DNA from: an uncultured Candidatus Poseidoniales archaeon
GTDB taxonomy: Archaea > Thermoplasmatota > Poseidoniia > Poseidoniales > Thalassarchaeaceae
NCBI GenBank assembly: GCA_964013425.1
Contig: CAXGWC010000002.1
Location: 22,818-86,817 of the forward strand
Direction of reading: 5' to 3'
Length of the DNA: 64,000 bases
Position 1 is the stretch's first letter. Each line of letters starts with the position of its first letter. This document shows positions 55,789-64,000 of the stretch, in pieces. The notes beneath the pieces were generated by a model. That model was not told the origin of the DNA. It worked only from the letters and a program-made list of their open reading frames with translations, and made no database searches. The position numbers and the translations under genes were made by a program.

Positions 55789-56985
55789 ATGAGAGGGGGC
55801 AAGTCTGCGGGCCTGATGATGGTCATGATGATGATTTTCACTTCACTGGCCGGCTGCATGGATGTTCTCGGAAGCAACAGCCCCCCTACTGCAAACATGA
55901 CAGTTGACCCCTCTGGCTCTGTCAGGGCGGGAGACAGCATCACGTTCAGTGCTGTCGGGTCCTCAGATCCCGATGCCGACCCCATGACGTTCACATGGAC
56001 ATTCGGAGATGGAAACACTGGAAACGGACTTACCACTAGCCATTCATATGCTCAGCCCGGTGAGTATTCCGCCAAGCTTGCCGTGAGCGATGGTACCCAT
56101 GAAGTCACCACTAGCATGCTGATAACCGTCATCGACTCAACTGCAAGAGAGCCCCATGCGGAAATCTCCCCCAACAAAGACGATAACTGTGATGGCGACT
56201 CCCCTCCGAACGGAGATTTCGTCATGATTTGGGTATGCGAAGACAAGGAAATCGATGACAGGCAGGTTTCCGTCTCAACTACAGTGTCCCTGGACGGTTC
56301 GGGATCATGGGCCGGCTGTGATCCCGATGACTCTAATTGCTACGCGGAGGAGTACATAGTTAGCTATGAGTGGGACTTGGATAGGAACACTGACTCGGAC
56401 GAGGATGGGATCAAGGACAATGATGTTGATGCTACTGGAGAGATAGTGCAATGGGAGGACATGCCAGCCGGAGCTTGGGATATCAGGCTGACCGTCACGG
56501 ACAACAATGGACTCAGTCACTATGATGATTCCACAGTCTATATCAACTACCAAGGGAAGTGGAGTGACTTCGAGATGGATAGGAGGATTCAGGATCCAAT
56601 TACAATGACCTGGGACTTCCCAGTAACCTATGACGAGGATACCAAGGATAGAATCAGATATCTCAGAACCAAGGTAGACTACCCCCAGCAAGATGACGAT
56701 CAAGCAGGAGGGGGACTAGGAGGCGGACCAGTCACTACCACAGATAACAAGCTAGATATCTACCTTTACAACAGTACTGAGGATGAGATCGCCAACTCAA
56801 CCGGGCTGTCTAACGATAATCGTAATGCAGGAGACTGTGGTTCAGACGACTATTGTGTGTGGCTGGTGATAGGGGCCTCCACGGTTAGGGGCTTTCTTCC
56901 AGGCGAATGGTCCGCGGATTTAGTCAACGAGGAGACACATACGACAAAGGTCAACTATTTCATAGTGGAGCTTCAGTATAGATAG
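55789..56985 (+). CDS. PKD-domain surface lipoprotein
   Basis: Lipobox LAGC; PKD motifs SSDPDADPMTFTWTFGDG...HSY..PGEY and YEWDLD...LTVTDNNG; Asp-rich loop DSDEDGIKDND. Confidence 0.85.
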   Translation: MRGGKSAGLMMVMMMIFTSLAGCMDVLGSNSPPTANMTVDPSGSVRAGDSITFSAVGSSDPDADPMTFTWTFGDGNTGNGLTTSHSYAQPGEYSAKLAVSDGTHEVTTSMLITVIDSTAREPHAEISPNKDDNCDGDSPPNGDFVMIWVCEDKEIDDRQVSVSTTVSLDGSGSWAGCDPDDSNCYAEEYIVSYEWDLDRNTDSDEDGIKDNDVDATGEIVQWEDMPAGAWDIRLTVTDNNGLSHYDDSTVYINYQGKWSDFEMDRRIQDPITMTWDFPVTYDEDTKDRIRYLRTKVDYPQQDDDQAGGGLGGGPVTTTDNKLDIYLYNSTEDEIANSTGLSNDNRNAGDCGSDDYCVWLVIGASTVRGFLPGEWSADLVNEETHTTKVNYFIVELQYR

Positions 56986-57047
56986 CCCCAACGGCACACT
57001 GCTCACCACTTCGGTAACTGGTAGCGGAAAACGCTCTTGGGGAACGA

Positions 57048-57078
57048 TTCATATACGCCCCTTCGGTCGGCGGGCCAC
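57048..57078 (+). promoter_or_regulatory. Promoter: TATA-like box + N9 + GGTCGGC element (tuf-rpsJ)
   Basis: TTCATATA-CGCCCCTTC-GGTCGGCGGGCCAC, then SD GAGGTG. Confidence 0.55.
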
Positions 57079-57096
57079 ACTTAGAGGTGTTATAAT

Positions 57097-58380
57097 ATGG
57101 GTTCACAGTGGGAAGACAAGAGCAAGCCGCATCTGAATATCGTGTTCGTAGGGCACGTAGATCACGGAAAGTCGACGACAGTTGGTCGTTTGCTTCTGGA
57201 CAGCGGTCACATCGAAGCGCACGTAATTGAAAAGAATGAGAAGCTAGCTGCCGAGGCAGGAAAGGCCGGATTCGGTCTGGCCTATGTCATGGACGGCCTG
57301 AAGGAGGAGCGCGCACGTGGTATCACCATCGATGTAGCTCACAAGGAGTTCTACACTCCTAATTATTACTTCACTATCATCGACGCTCCCGGTCACCGTG
57401 ACTTCGTCAAAAATATGATCACAGGTACAAGCCAGGCGGACGCTGCAGTACTGAATGTGGCTGCTAACGACGGTGTCAATGCACAGACAAGAGAGCACGC
57501 GTTCCTAGCAAGAGTTCTCGGCGTCAGCCAGCTAATCGTCAATGTCAACAAGATGGACATCAGTGGTGTTGACTGGTCTCAAGACAAGTACAACGAGACC
57601 GTAACTGAGGTTAGCGCCTTGCTAAAGGGCGCCGGCTACAAGCCAGATGAGATCACCTTCGTACCATGTAGCGCTTTCCATGGCGACAACGTGTTCAACA
57701 AGAGCGAAAACACCTCGTGGTACAGCGGACCTACTCTGTTTGAGGCAATCGACGCTATTGAGATGCCACCAAAGCCAACTGACAGGCCTCTACGCCTGCC
57801 AATTCAGGACGTTTACAAAATCAGCGGTATCGGAACCGTCCCAGTAGGAAAGATCGAGACTGGTGTTCTCAACACTGGAAAGACAGTCATCTTCAACCCC
57901 AGCCAGAAGTCTGCTGAGGTCAAGAGCATAGAGATGCACCACACAATGGTCGACAAGGCCGAGCCAGGCGACAACGTCGGTTTCAACGTACGTGGACTCG
58001 CAGCAACTGACATCCGCAGAGGAGACGTCGCTGGATACGGAGAGAGCGAGCCTGTATTCGTCCGACATGACGAGACTTTCGTTGGAAACATCCAGATGAT
58101 GGAGATACCAAAGGCAATCGGAGTAGGATACACTCCAGTGTTCCACGCTCACACCGCTCAGGTGGCTGTTCGATTCGTCGAGCTCATCAAGAATCTAAAG
58201 ACCGGAGAGACCCCTGCATTCCTCAAGTCTGGAGATGCAGCAACAGTAAGGTTCCAACCAACCAAGCCAATGGCTATCGAGGTCAAGGACAACTTCCCTG
58301 AGCTCTGCAGGTTCGCAATCCGTGACATGGGCAAGACCGTCGCAGCCGGAATGTGTATCGCAATCGAGAAGAAGGCTTAG
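57097..58380 (+). CDS. tuf: Translation elongation factor aEF-1alpha
   Basis: [51 protein letters not shown]. Confidence 0.98.
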   Translation: MGSQWEDKSKPHLNIVFVGHVDHGKSTTVGRLLLDSGHIEAHVIEKNEKLAAEAGKAGFGLAYVMDGLKEERARGITIDVAHKEFYTPNYYFTIIDAPGHRDFVKNMITGTSQADAAVLNVAANDGVNAQTREHAFLARVLGVSQLIVNVNKMDISGVDWSQDKYNETVTEVSALLKGAGYKPDEITFVPCSAFHGDNVFNKSENTSWYSGPTLFEAIDAIEMPPKPTDRPLRLPIQDVYKISGIGTVPVGKIETGVLNTGKTVIFNPSQKSAEVKSIEMHHTMVDKAEPGDNVGFNVRGLAATDIRRGDVAGYGESEPVFVRHDETFVGNIQMMEIPKAIGVGYTPVFHAHTAQVAVRFVELIKNLKTGETPAFLKSGDAATVRFQPTKPMAIEVKDNFPELCRFAIRDMGKTVAAGMCIAIEKKA

Positions 58381-58397
58381 GCGTAAGGTGAGTATCA

Positions 58398-58727
58398 ATG
58401 CCCGTCGTCACCACTATCAGACTGACGGGGGAAAATCACACTGACGTAAATCAGGTCTGTGATCAGATAAAGACAATATCCGATGAGACCGGAGTCAAGC
58501 TTCGAGGTCCAATCCCCCTCCCAACCAGAAGGATAGTCGTTCCTTGCAGGAAGAGTCCAGATGGAGAGGGTGCCGAGACATGGGATCACTGGGAGATGAG
58601 AGTCCACAAGAGACTTCTGGAGCTGGTAACCAACACTTCCAGGGATGAGAAGGCGCTGAGAAAGGTCCTGAGGATACCAATCCCAGACTCGGTCACCATC
58701 GAACTCTCACTGAGAAACCTAGGTTAA
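58398..58727 (+). CDS. rpsJ: 30S ribosomal protein uS10
   Basis: GPIPLPT, RKSPDGEG..TWDHWEMRVHKRL. Confidence 0.97.
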   Translation: MPVVTTIRLTGENHTDVNQVCDQIKTISDETGVKLRGPIPLPTRRIVVPCRKSPDGEGAETWDHWEMRVHKRLLELVTNTSRDEKALRKVLRIPIPDSVTIELSLRNLG

Positions 58728-60053
58728 CTAGGCCAAAGAGCCCATTGGGTCCCAAGCTTCTAGGACGATAGGTACTGTTTCCAGTCCCTTGACCATCTTC
58801 TCTGTGAGGTACTTCTTAGGAGATGCAATCTCAAACATATGTTCGTCATACCAATTATCGTTCATTGTGTAGAACCCCTTCTGTCCAGAGTCATCTCCCC
58901 ATGAGTTCTCCACTCTCCATCTCCTGGGCTTGCCTTCGTAGACGTCTACTCCAGTGAAGAGCATGGCATGGGTCATCATGGTTTGACCATATCTAAGCCT
59001 GTCAGCCTTACTCATACCATAATCCACACCATAAAGCTCGTTAGTTTCGAAAAGATTAGCATCCCAGAGCCCCCTCTTTCTGTCCATCTGCTTACCCACG
59101 TCGCAGCCCATCCAGACTGGCATACCATCTTCCAGGATTTCCTGGGTTATCGATTTCATTTCATCGCTCGGCACATTAAGATAGACAACAGGAGGACCTC
59201 CAGCAACATTCTGCAGGTAGTCAACAGTGTATGTCTGATAGTACTCATTTCTGGGATCGTTTACAATACATACGTATTCTTCCCAGTCCACGTCAACAAA
59301 CTCTTCCGCAAACTGCTGGGGAGTCATCTTTCCCCTTCTGTGAAACTCCTTGTCCTTGTCTCTCCACTGCCAGTCGAAACTCTCAGGGGGCGTTCCCAAG
59401 TGGATGCAAAGAACTCTCCAAATGTCCTCCATCCTACTATCCTTGTGTGATCTTGCTTCTTTCTCGCTACCACCGGAATCAAGGATTTCCCTAATCTCGC
59501 TAGCACTACTCCTGAGTATGTCCTTCAGAATCGAGTTCATCCATCTGGTGGAGCTACTACTGTTGGACTCTGGATATGCCGACTTTGGAACTAGTCCATG
59601 CTTCCTGATCAGGTTCATGGCCATGTTCCACTGGCCCCCGTCTCCAATCGGATCTGATAGTAGGAAGTGGATTGTCCTGTCATCAACAGGTCTTCCAGAG
59701 GTCTCAATTATGGCCTCCAAGAAGTGATTAGAACGCTCGAACTTATCCCAGAAATGAATGTGAGCCTGACTAAACTCGAACTCCTTCACATTCATCTTCT
59801 TCATAGTCCCCGGTCTGAAGAGATTCAAGGTTGCAAACAACCAGCAACGTCCGCTACTCTTCTGATTCGTGGCCTTCCACTCATCCAGTTTCGTACTGAA
59901 CGTGAAGTCTATTTCCTGAACCAAATCCCTCCTGAGAGTTACTGAGGACAGATTATTGCTGGTAACCGCGTTCTGCGCAACTCTGGCTGAAGAGTCACTT
60001 TCGAATTCCTTCCTCATCTTGTCAATTTGTTTTTTCGTAATCTCTCCTGGCAT
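58728..60053 (-). CDS. pepC: Aminopeptidase C / bleomycin hydrolase (C1B cysteine peptidase)
   Basis: NQKSSGRCWLFA, DGGQW, MTHAM, WRVENSWG. Confidence 0.95.
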   Translation of the reverse strand: MPGEITKKQIDKMRKEFESDSSARVAQNAVTSNNLSSVTLRRDLVQEIDFTFSTKLDEWKATNQKSSGRCWLFATLNLFRPGTMKKMNVKEFEFSQAHIHFWDKFERSNHFLEAIIETSGRPVDDRTIHFLLSDPIGDGGQWNMAMNLIRKHGLVPKSAYPESNSSSSTRWMNSILKDILRSSASEIREILDSGGSEKEARSHKDSRMEDIWRVLCIHLGTPPESFDWQWRDKDKEFHRRGKMTPQQFAEEFVDVDWEEYVCIVNDPRNEYYQTYTVDYLQNVAGGPPVVYLNVPSDEMKSITQEILEDGMPVWMGCDVGKQMDRKRGLWDANLFETNELYGVDYGMSKADRLRYGQTMMTHAMLFTGVDVYEGKPRRWRVENSWGDDSGQKGFYTMNDNWYDEHMFEIASPKKYLTEKMVKGLETVPIVLEAWDPMGSLA

Positions 60054-60109
60054 AGCTGCACCTCTGACGAATACTCATCGATGATGACGAACCTAAGTTA
60101 TTGCCTCTC

Positions 60110-60994
60110 TCAGAGGTCTGCGGCTTCAGCTATTCCGGCCGCTATCAGGGTATCAGCAATTATCGAAGGACAGAACTCTATGTCTCCGGCCGTCAGAGTA
60201 ATCTCCTCTCCTTCCTCTGTGATTATGGGATCATCAAGGTCTTGGAGAATCATAATCCTCCTCATATCAGGATCCTTTTGCTGTTGGGATAAGGACTCAT
60301 CCACAGATCCGCGACCCAAAGGAGATATCTCGGGAAATTCATCAATCTCCCTTATCCTATCTTCTTCGTCGTATTCCGGGTCCTCCCAGTGAGGCACAGA
60401 GTCTATGACCACAGGCGCGTCACTCTCCTCTGCTACCTCTCCACCGTTGGAATCTGGTACGAACTCAGTAAGAGGGGTATGCACAGAACTCATTGGTGGC
60501 GGAGCAGGAGAGTCCCAGTTGTTGCTTAAGAGAGCTTTCCAAGAAACCTCATGCCTGTACTTGTCAACAAGATGTCCAATTCCTGTGTAGAATACTCTCT
60601 CGGATGGGTCGTGCTTGTCCCATTCAATCGTATCCGGCATAATTCCCGCAGAAGCCCTAACATCCTCTGGCGATTGAATCAAATTTGTCAGAACTGCGTG
60701 TTGTGTGAACGCATTCAGCCTATTCCTTGTGAGATCCTTAACCGCCGTTCTAACCACTCCCAGTTTCCTCGACTGCAGTTGTGCCTTGGCAGTCATGCCC
60801 TCTGACCTAATGGTCTCAGCAAGTTCCGCCTCAAGATGCTGAACTAACTGGCCTACTGCGTCCCAGAAGTTAGGCATCGGCAACTCAACAGGAATGGATG
60901 ATCTTCTTTGCGTTCTTGCTAGCTCATCTAGTGCTCTATCAACAGCCATTAGACGATTGGCACTGAGCCTAGGCAAGCTTCCGTCGTCCATCAT
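60110..60994 (-). CDS. Probable GINS (Gins15-type, A-B domain order) replication protein
   Basis: Helical A-domain (LDELARTQRRS...LPMPNFWDAVGQLVQHL...DLTRNRL), acidic linker, and B-domain RIMILQDL...ITLTAGDIEFCPSIIADTLIAAGIAE. Confidence 0.65.
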   Translation of the reverse strand: MMDDGSLPRLSANRLMAVDRALDELARTQRRSSIPVELPMPNFWDAVGQLVQHLEAELAETIRSEGMTAKAQLQSRKLGVVRTAVKDLTRNRLNAFTQHAVLTNLIQSPEDVRASAGIMPDTIEWDKHDPSERVFYTGIGHLVDKYRHEVSWKALLSNNWDSPAPPPMSSVHTPLTEFVPDSNGGEVAEESDAPVVIDSVPHWEDPEYDEEDRIREIDEFPEISPLGRGSVDESLSQQQKDPDMRRIMILQDLDDPIITEEGEEITLTAGDIEFCPSIIADTLIAAGIAEAADL

Positions 60995-61106
60995 ACTCGG
61001 TACCCGGACACGGTGCACGCAAGGAGCCTCTTGAACAATTCCTTGCATAACCCGACTTCATCGCTCGAGCGCGAGTATCAAGAGTGTGGATATGTTCGCA
61101 TCCCTC

Positions 61107-61191
61107 GCAGGTGTACCCGAGTGGTCAAAGGGGGAGGGCTCAAGATCCTCTGCGTAGTGCTTCGCAGGTTCGAATCCTGCCGCCTGCACCA
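61107..61191 (+). tRNA. tRNA-Leu(CAA), CCA encoded
   Basis: Acceptor GCAGGTG/CGCCTGC + ACCA, D-arm CCCGAGTGGTCAAAGGG, anticodon arm GAGGG-CTCAAGA-TCCTC, long variable arm, T-loop GGTTCGAATCC; no intron. Confidence 0.97.
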
Positions 61192-61194
61192 CTA

Positions 61195-61920
61195 CTAACC
61201 CCTGACTCTTTCCAGCAGAGCCTCTAACAGCTCTAGGGAGCCTTCCTTACCATGTGCGTCAGTCACGACGTCAGCCGCCCTAACCACATTTTCATAATGA
61301 TTGCTAACACTCACCGCAAAACCCACCAGGTCGAACATAGGGATATCGTTAGGCGCGTCCCCGCAAGCTATCACTCTCTTGGGGTCGATCCCTCTCTGCT
61401 CAAAAGCTACACGAAGTCCGGATGCTTTGTCATGCCCCGGTATAGTTAGGTGAACAGCGAACCCAGTTGGAATTACTGAGATATCGGACCACTCAGAAGA
61501 CTCGATCGCATCTCTTACTGCTTCCCAATCCTCAATCTCAGTAAGACACCATTCGGTCTCTCTCCACCTGTTAGACTCTATTCCCTCGGGATTGAGCCCC
61601 TCTATCTGGGTCCCAAGCCACTTTGCGGCCTCTTTGGGTCTAGATCCATCTGCCAGTGCCCTGATTGGGTGCCCCTCAGCTGAGTCCCAAACCATACCTC
61701 CGTTTTCACCGACTATGAACCCCGATATGCATAGTGATTGATGTATGGGGGTGATATTGGGCAGGGTCCTCCCAGAAGCCAGAGAAACAACCATTCCATT
61801 TCTCTCGAGCTCTCTAACGATGTGTATCATCTCAGGGATTATCCCATCTCTATCGAGTAAAGTACCGTCAATATCAAGCACAATCATGTCCCACTCTAGG
61901 TCGTCGGGTAGCTCCACCAT
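61195..61920 (-). CDS. HAD hydrolase subfamily IIB (archaeal phosphoglycolate phosphatase-like)
   Basis: DIDGTL, LASGR, GENGG, DKASGL, CGDAPNDIPMF. Confidence 0.88.
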   Translation of the reverse strand: MVELPDDLEWDMIVLDIDGTLLDRDGIIPEMIHIVRELERNGMVVSLASGRTLPNITPIHQSLCISGFIVGENGGMVWDSAEGHPIRALADGSRPKEAAKWLGTQIEGLNPEGIESNRWRETEWCLTEIEDWEAVRDAIESSEWSDISVIPTGFAVHLTIPGHDKASGLRVAFEQRGIDPKRVIACGDAPNDIPMFDLVGFAVSVSNHYENVVRAADVVTDAHGKEGSLELLEALLERVRG

Positions 61921-62002
61921 GTTTTCCGAGAGTAGCACATGCTGATGATATCATCGTATACACTCTCATCATATTCAAGGTACTACGCCCTCTCGGGCAT
62001 CC

Positions 62003-64000
62003 ATGGAGGAGGAGGGACCAGTCTCCACCATTGTCCCTGATGGAGTTCATGAATTCGATTGGAACATCAGGGGAATGGACTGTGCTGATTGTGCTATGAA
62101 GGCTACAAAGGCAGTTAGCAGACTCCCAGGAATCAAGTCCTGTAAAATATCCGTTACAGAGGGAACTGCAAGGATATCACTAGATATCTCAAGAGGAAGG
62201 ATTTCCAGATCATGCTCCGTCTTGGAGAGTCTCGGGCACAGTCCCAAGATAGACTGGGTCCAGGCAATAGGAGTCACTCCGGGGGAGGCTGCGAAGAACC
62301 TAGGCACAAATCGAAAGGGACTCAGAGATGCGCTTCTTGCAGTGCCAGGAATATTAGCTGTTAGATTCGATGATGGCTTGATTGAATTAAGGAACGTCTG
62401 GATATCTGATCCAGACTTGAGGATGCTCGCTGAGTCGATGATTTCCACAATTCTAGGGGACGATGCTGAGTTCGTAGTATCTTCGAAGATGAGACTGAGG
62501 CCAGATCAAGTAAAGCTAATTGCAGCTGTAATGACGATTCCTGTACTATTCGCGATAATAGCGGTTGAGACAATGTCCCTACCAACCGTCCTCGCTTCAT
62601 TCCTTGGATTCTTTGGAGTTATCTTGGCGGGCTCGAGGATGTTCATGGAGGCCATAGCCAGCATTCAGAATGGTGTCCTTGGTTTTCAGGTACTAACCTC
62701 CCTAGCAGTCATCGGGGCCTCCCTGCTAGGAGAGTGGGTCGAGGCACTCACGGTGGTCGGACTAGTAGCTTTCGCATCTCATCTTGAAGATAGGGCAATA
62801 ACAAGGGCCAGAGAGTCCATGCAAGGTGGGCTAGATAGAATTCCAAGAGGTGCCCGTATAGTAAATCCAATTCAGGGAATATCGCCTAGGAAGCTCAATA
62901 TCGTTCAAATCACCCCTCAAATTCTCCCACACGGAGAGCCTGGCAAGACTCCTGTCGAAGCAGTAGTGGAAGGCGACATGGTAGAGGTACGCTCTGGAGA
63001 GGTCGTCCCGGTTGATGGGATAATCACCAGTGGAGGCGGCTCTATAGACAGAGCCCCACTCACAGGTGAGCCAGTTCCAGTCTTGGTTTCAGAAGGTGAC
63101 TTCGTTGAGGCGGGACTAACTTTGGTCAGGGGCCCTATTGTACTACGATCAGTAGCCACTGGGGAGAATACGAGACTATCCAACCTAGTAGAGCTGGTAA
63201 GGGAGTACCGTGACAAGCCCACTAGGACTCATACCACTATTGAGAACTTCACAAGAATATGGGTACCGATAGTCCTGATCGGGGCCCCGATAATTGGATT
63301 CTTCACCCATGGATGGACGGATCAGGGATTCCTGACTACACTACTGCTCTGGGTTGTTTCATGCCCATGCTCGTTGTTGCTAGCCGCCCCAATACCACAT
63401 GCCGCCGCACTCTCCACTGCCTCTGCCTCTGGGGTGATAGTTCGTGGTGGAGACGTCCTGGAAGCAACTGCAGACGTGAAACTAGCATTACTGGATAAGA
63501 CAGGGACGCTGACTAGCGGACGACCCTCGCTGACAGGCGTTACTGTAACGTCCACCGAGACAGAGGAAAGGGCAATTATGATTGCAGCAGGACTAGAGAG
63601 AATGTCCAACCACCCTTACGCGCGCACAATCATCCATGAAGCCTCAAAGAGAACACTGGAAGCTATCGATATCACCGAAATATCAGATGGACAGGCAGGA
63701 GTCGAAGGTGTCTTGGAAGGTAGTAAAACAATGTTAGGACGATCCGACTGGCTGGTGTCCGAGGGAGTCGAGTTCCCAAAGGATATCGACGACGCCCTGA
63801 CTAGGTCACGCAGGGCTGGTCACGGCTCTAGCATTCTCTCAGTATCGGGCAAGGCAATCGCAGTCTTCGAATTCTACCACGATGACGCCCGAGATGGCGT
63901 CGCCGAGCTACTTCAGTCCCTTTCAGACAGTGGGATCTCCGTAGAGATACTCAGCGGAGACGAGCAGTCAAGCGTCGAGCAGTTTGCGAGGGGTTTCGGT
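62003..64000 (+). CDS. Heavy-metal P1B-type ATPase (ZntA/CadA-like), 3'-partial
   Basis: ATG at 62003 opens a frame to the window end, so it is absent from the ORF track. HMA motif GMDCADC, LTGEP, SCPC, DKTGTLT, HP and LSGD. Confidence 0.92.
   Translation, partial: MEEEGPVSTIVPDGVHEFDWNIRGMDCADCAMKATKAVSRLPGIKSCKISVTEGTARISLDISRGRISRSCSVLESLGHSPKIDWVQAIGVTPGEAAKNLGTNRKGLRDALLAVPGILAVRFDDGLIELRNVWISDPDLRMLAESMISTILGDDAEFVVSSKMRLRPDQVKLIAAVMTIPVLFAIIAVETMSLPTVLASFLGFFGVILAGSRMFMEAIASIQNGVLGFQVLTSLAVIGASLLGEWVEALTVVGLVAFASHLEDRAITRARESMQGGLDRIPRGARIVNPIQGISPRKLNIVQITPQILPHGEPGKTPVEAVVEGDMVEVRSGEVVPVDGIITSGGGSIDRAPLTGEPVPVLVSEGDFVEAGLTLVRGPIVLRSVATGENTRLSNLVELVREYRDKPTRTHTTIENFTRIWVPIVLIGAPIIGFFTHGWTDQGFLTTLLLWVVSCPCSLLLAAPIPHAAALSTASASGVIVRGGDVLEATADVKLALLDKTGTLTSGRPSLTGVTVTSTETEERAIMIAAGLERMSNHPYARTIIHEASKRTLEAIDITEISDGQAGVEGVLEGSKTMLGRSDWLVSEGVEFPKDIDDALTRSRRAGHGSSILSVSGKAIAVFEFYHDDARDGVAELLQSLSDSGISVEILSGDEQSSVEQFARGFG

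Noticed and set aside
61107..61200. tRNA-Leu as an integration site
   Set aside because: No duplicated tRNA 3' end or integrase seen; a housekeeping HAD gene ends 3 bp after the CCA.
62047..63609. Several short ORFs at the right end
   Set aside because: They are shadows of the P1B-ATPase frame, which starts at 62003 and runs off the window.

Overview
A gene-dense archaeal chromosomal segment. Euryarchaeal-type information genes (mcm, gatE, polB, GINS-like, trm1, RaSEA, pth2, aEF-1alpha, the ftsZ-secE-spt5-uL11-uL1-uL10-P1 cluster, tRNA-Leu(CAA)) are mixed with bacterial-type metabolic genes (nfuA, moaA, ltaE, ilvE, pepC, a liv-type ABC transporter) and acidic lipoproteins. This mix is most consistent with Marine Group II Euryarchaeota (Poseidoniales); the taxonomy is an inference. 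No CRISPR array, transposase, integrase or intein was recognised. Most notable observations: (1) Spt5 carries an N-terminal degenerate Nudix-like domain; (2) the uL11 gene at the canonical locus encodes only the C-terminal rRNA-binding domain; (3) a ~1030-aa lipoprotein joins a circularly permuted polar-amino-acid binding domain to two tandem LivJ/Venus-flytrap domains and sits with a fused LivH-TM2-like-LivM permease; (4) inverted ORB-like boxes flank an A-rich tract directly upstream of mcm (candidate origin); (5) a CcoN-like protein lacks most heme/Cu ligands and an aquaporin-like protein lacks both NPA motifs; (6) an AddAB-like pair has candidate Fe-S cysteines in both subunits; (7) a DUF4430 + CbrT-like pair suggests B12 uptake; (8) a uL1 autoregulatory RNA site and a shared TATA-N9-GGTCGGC promoter motif. 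All assignments come from motif recognition by eye; no searches were run.
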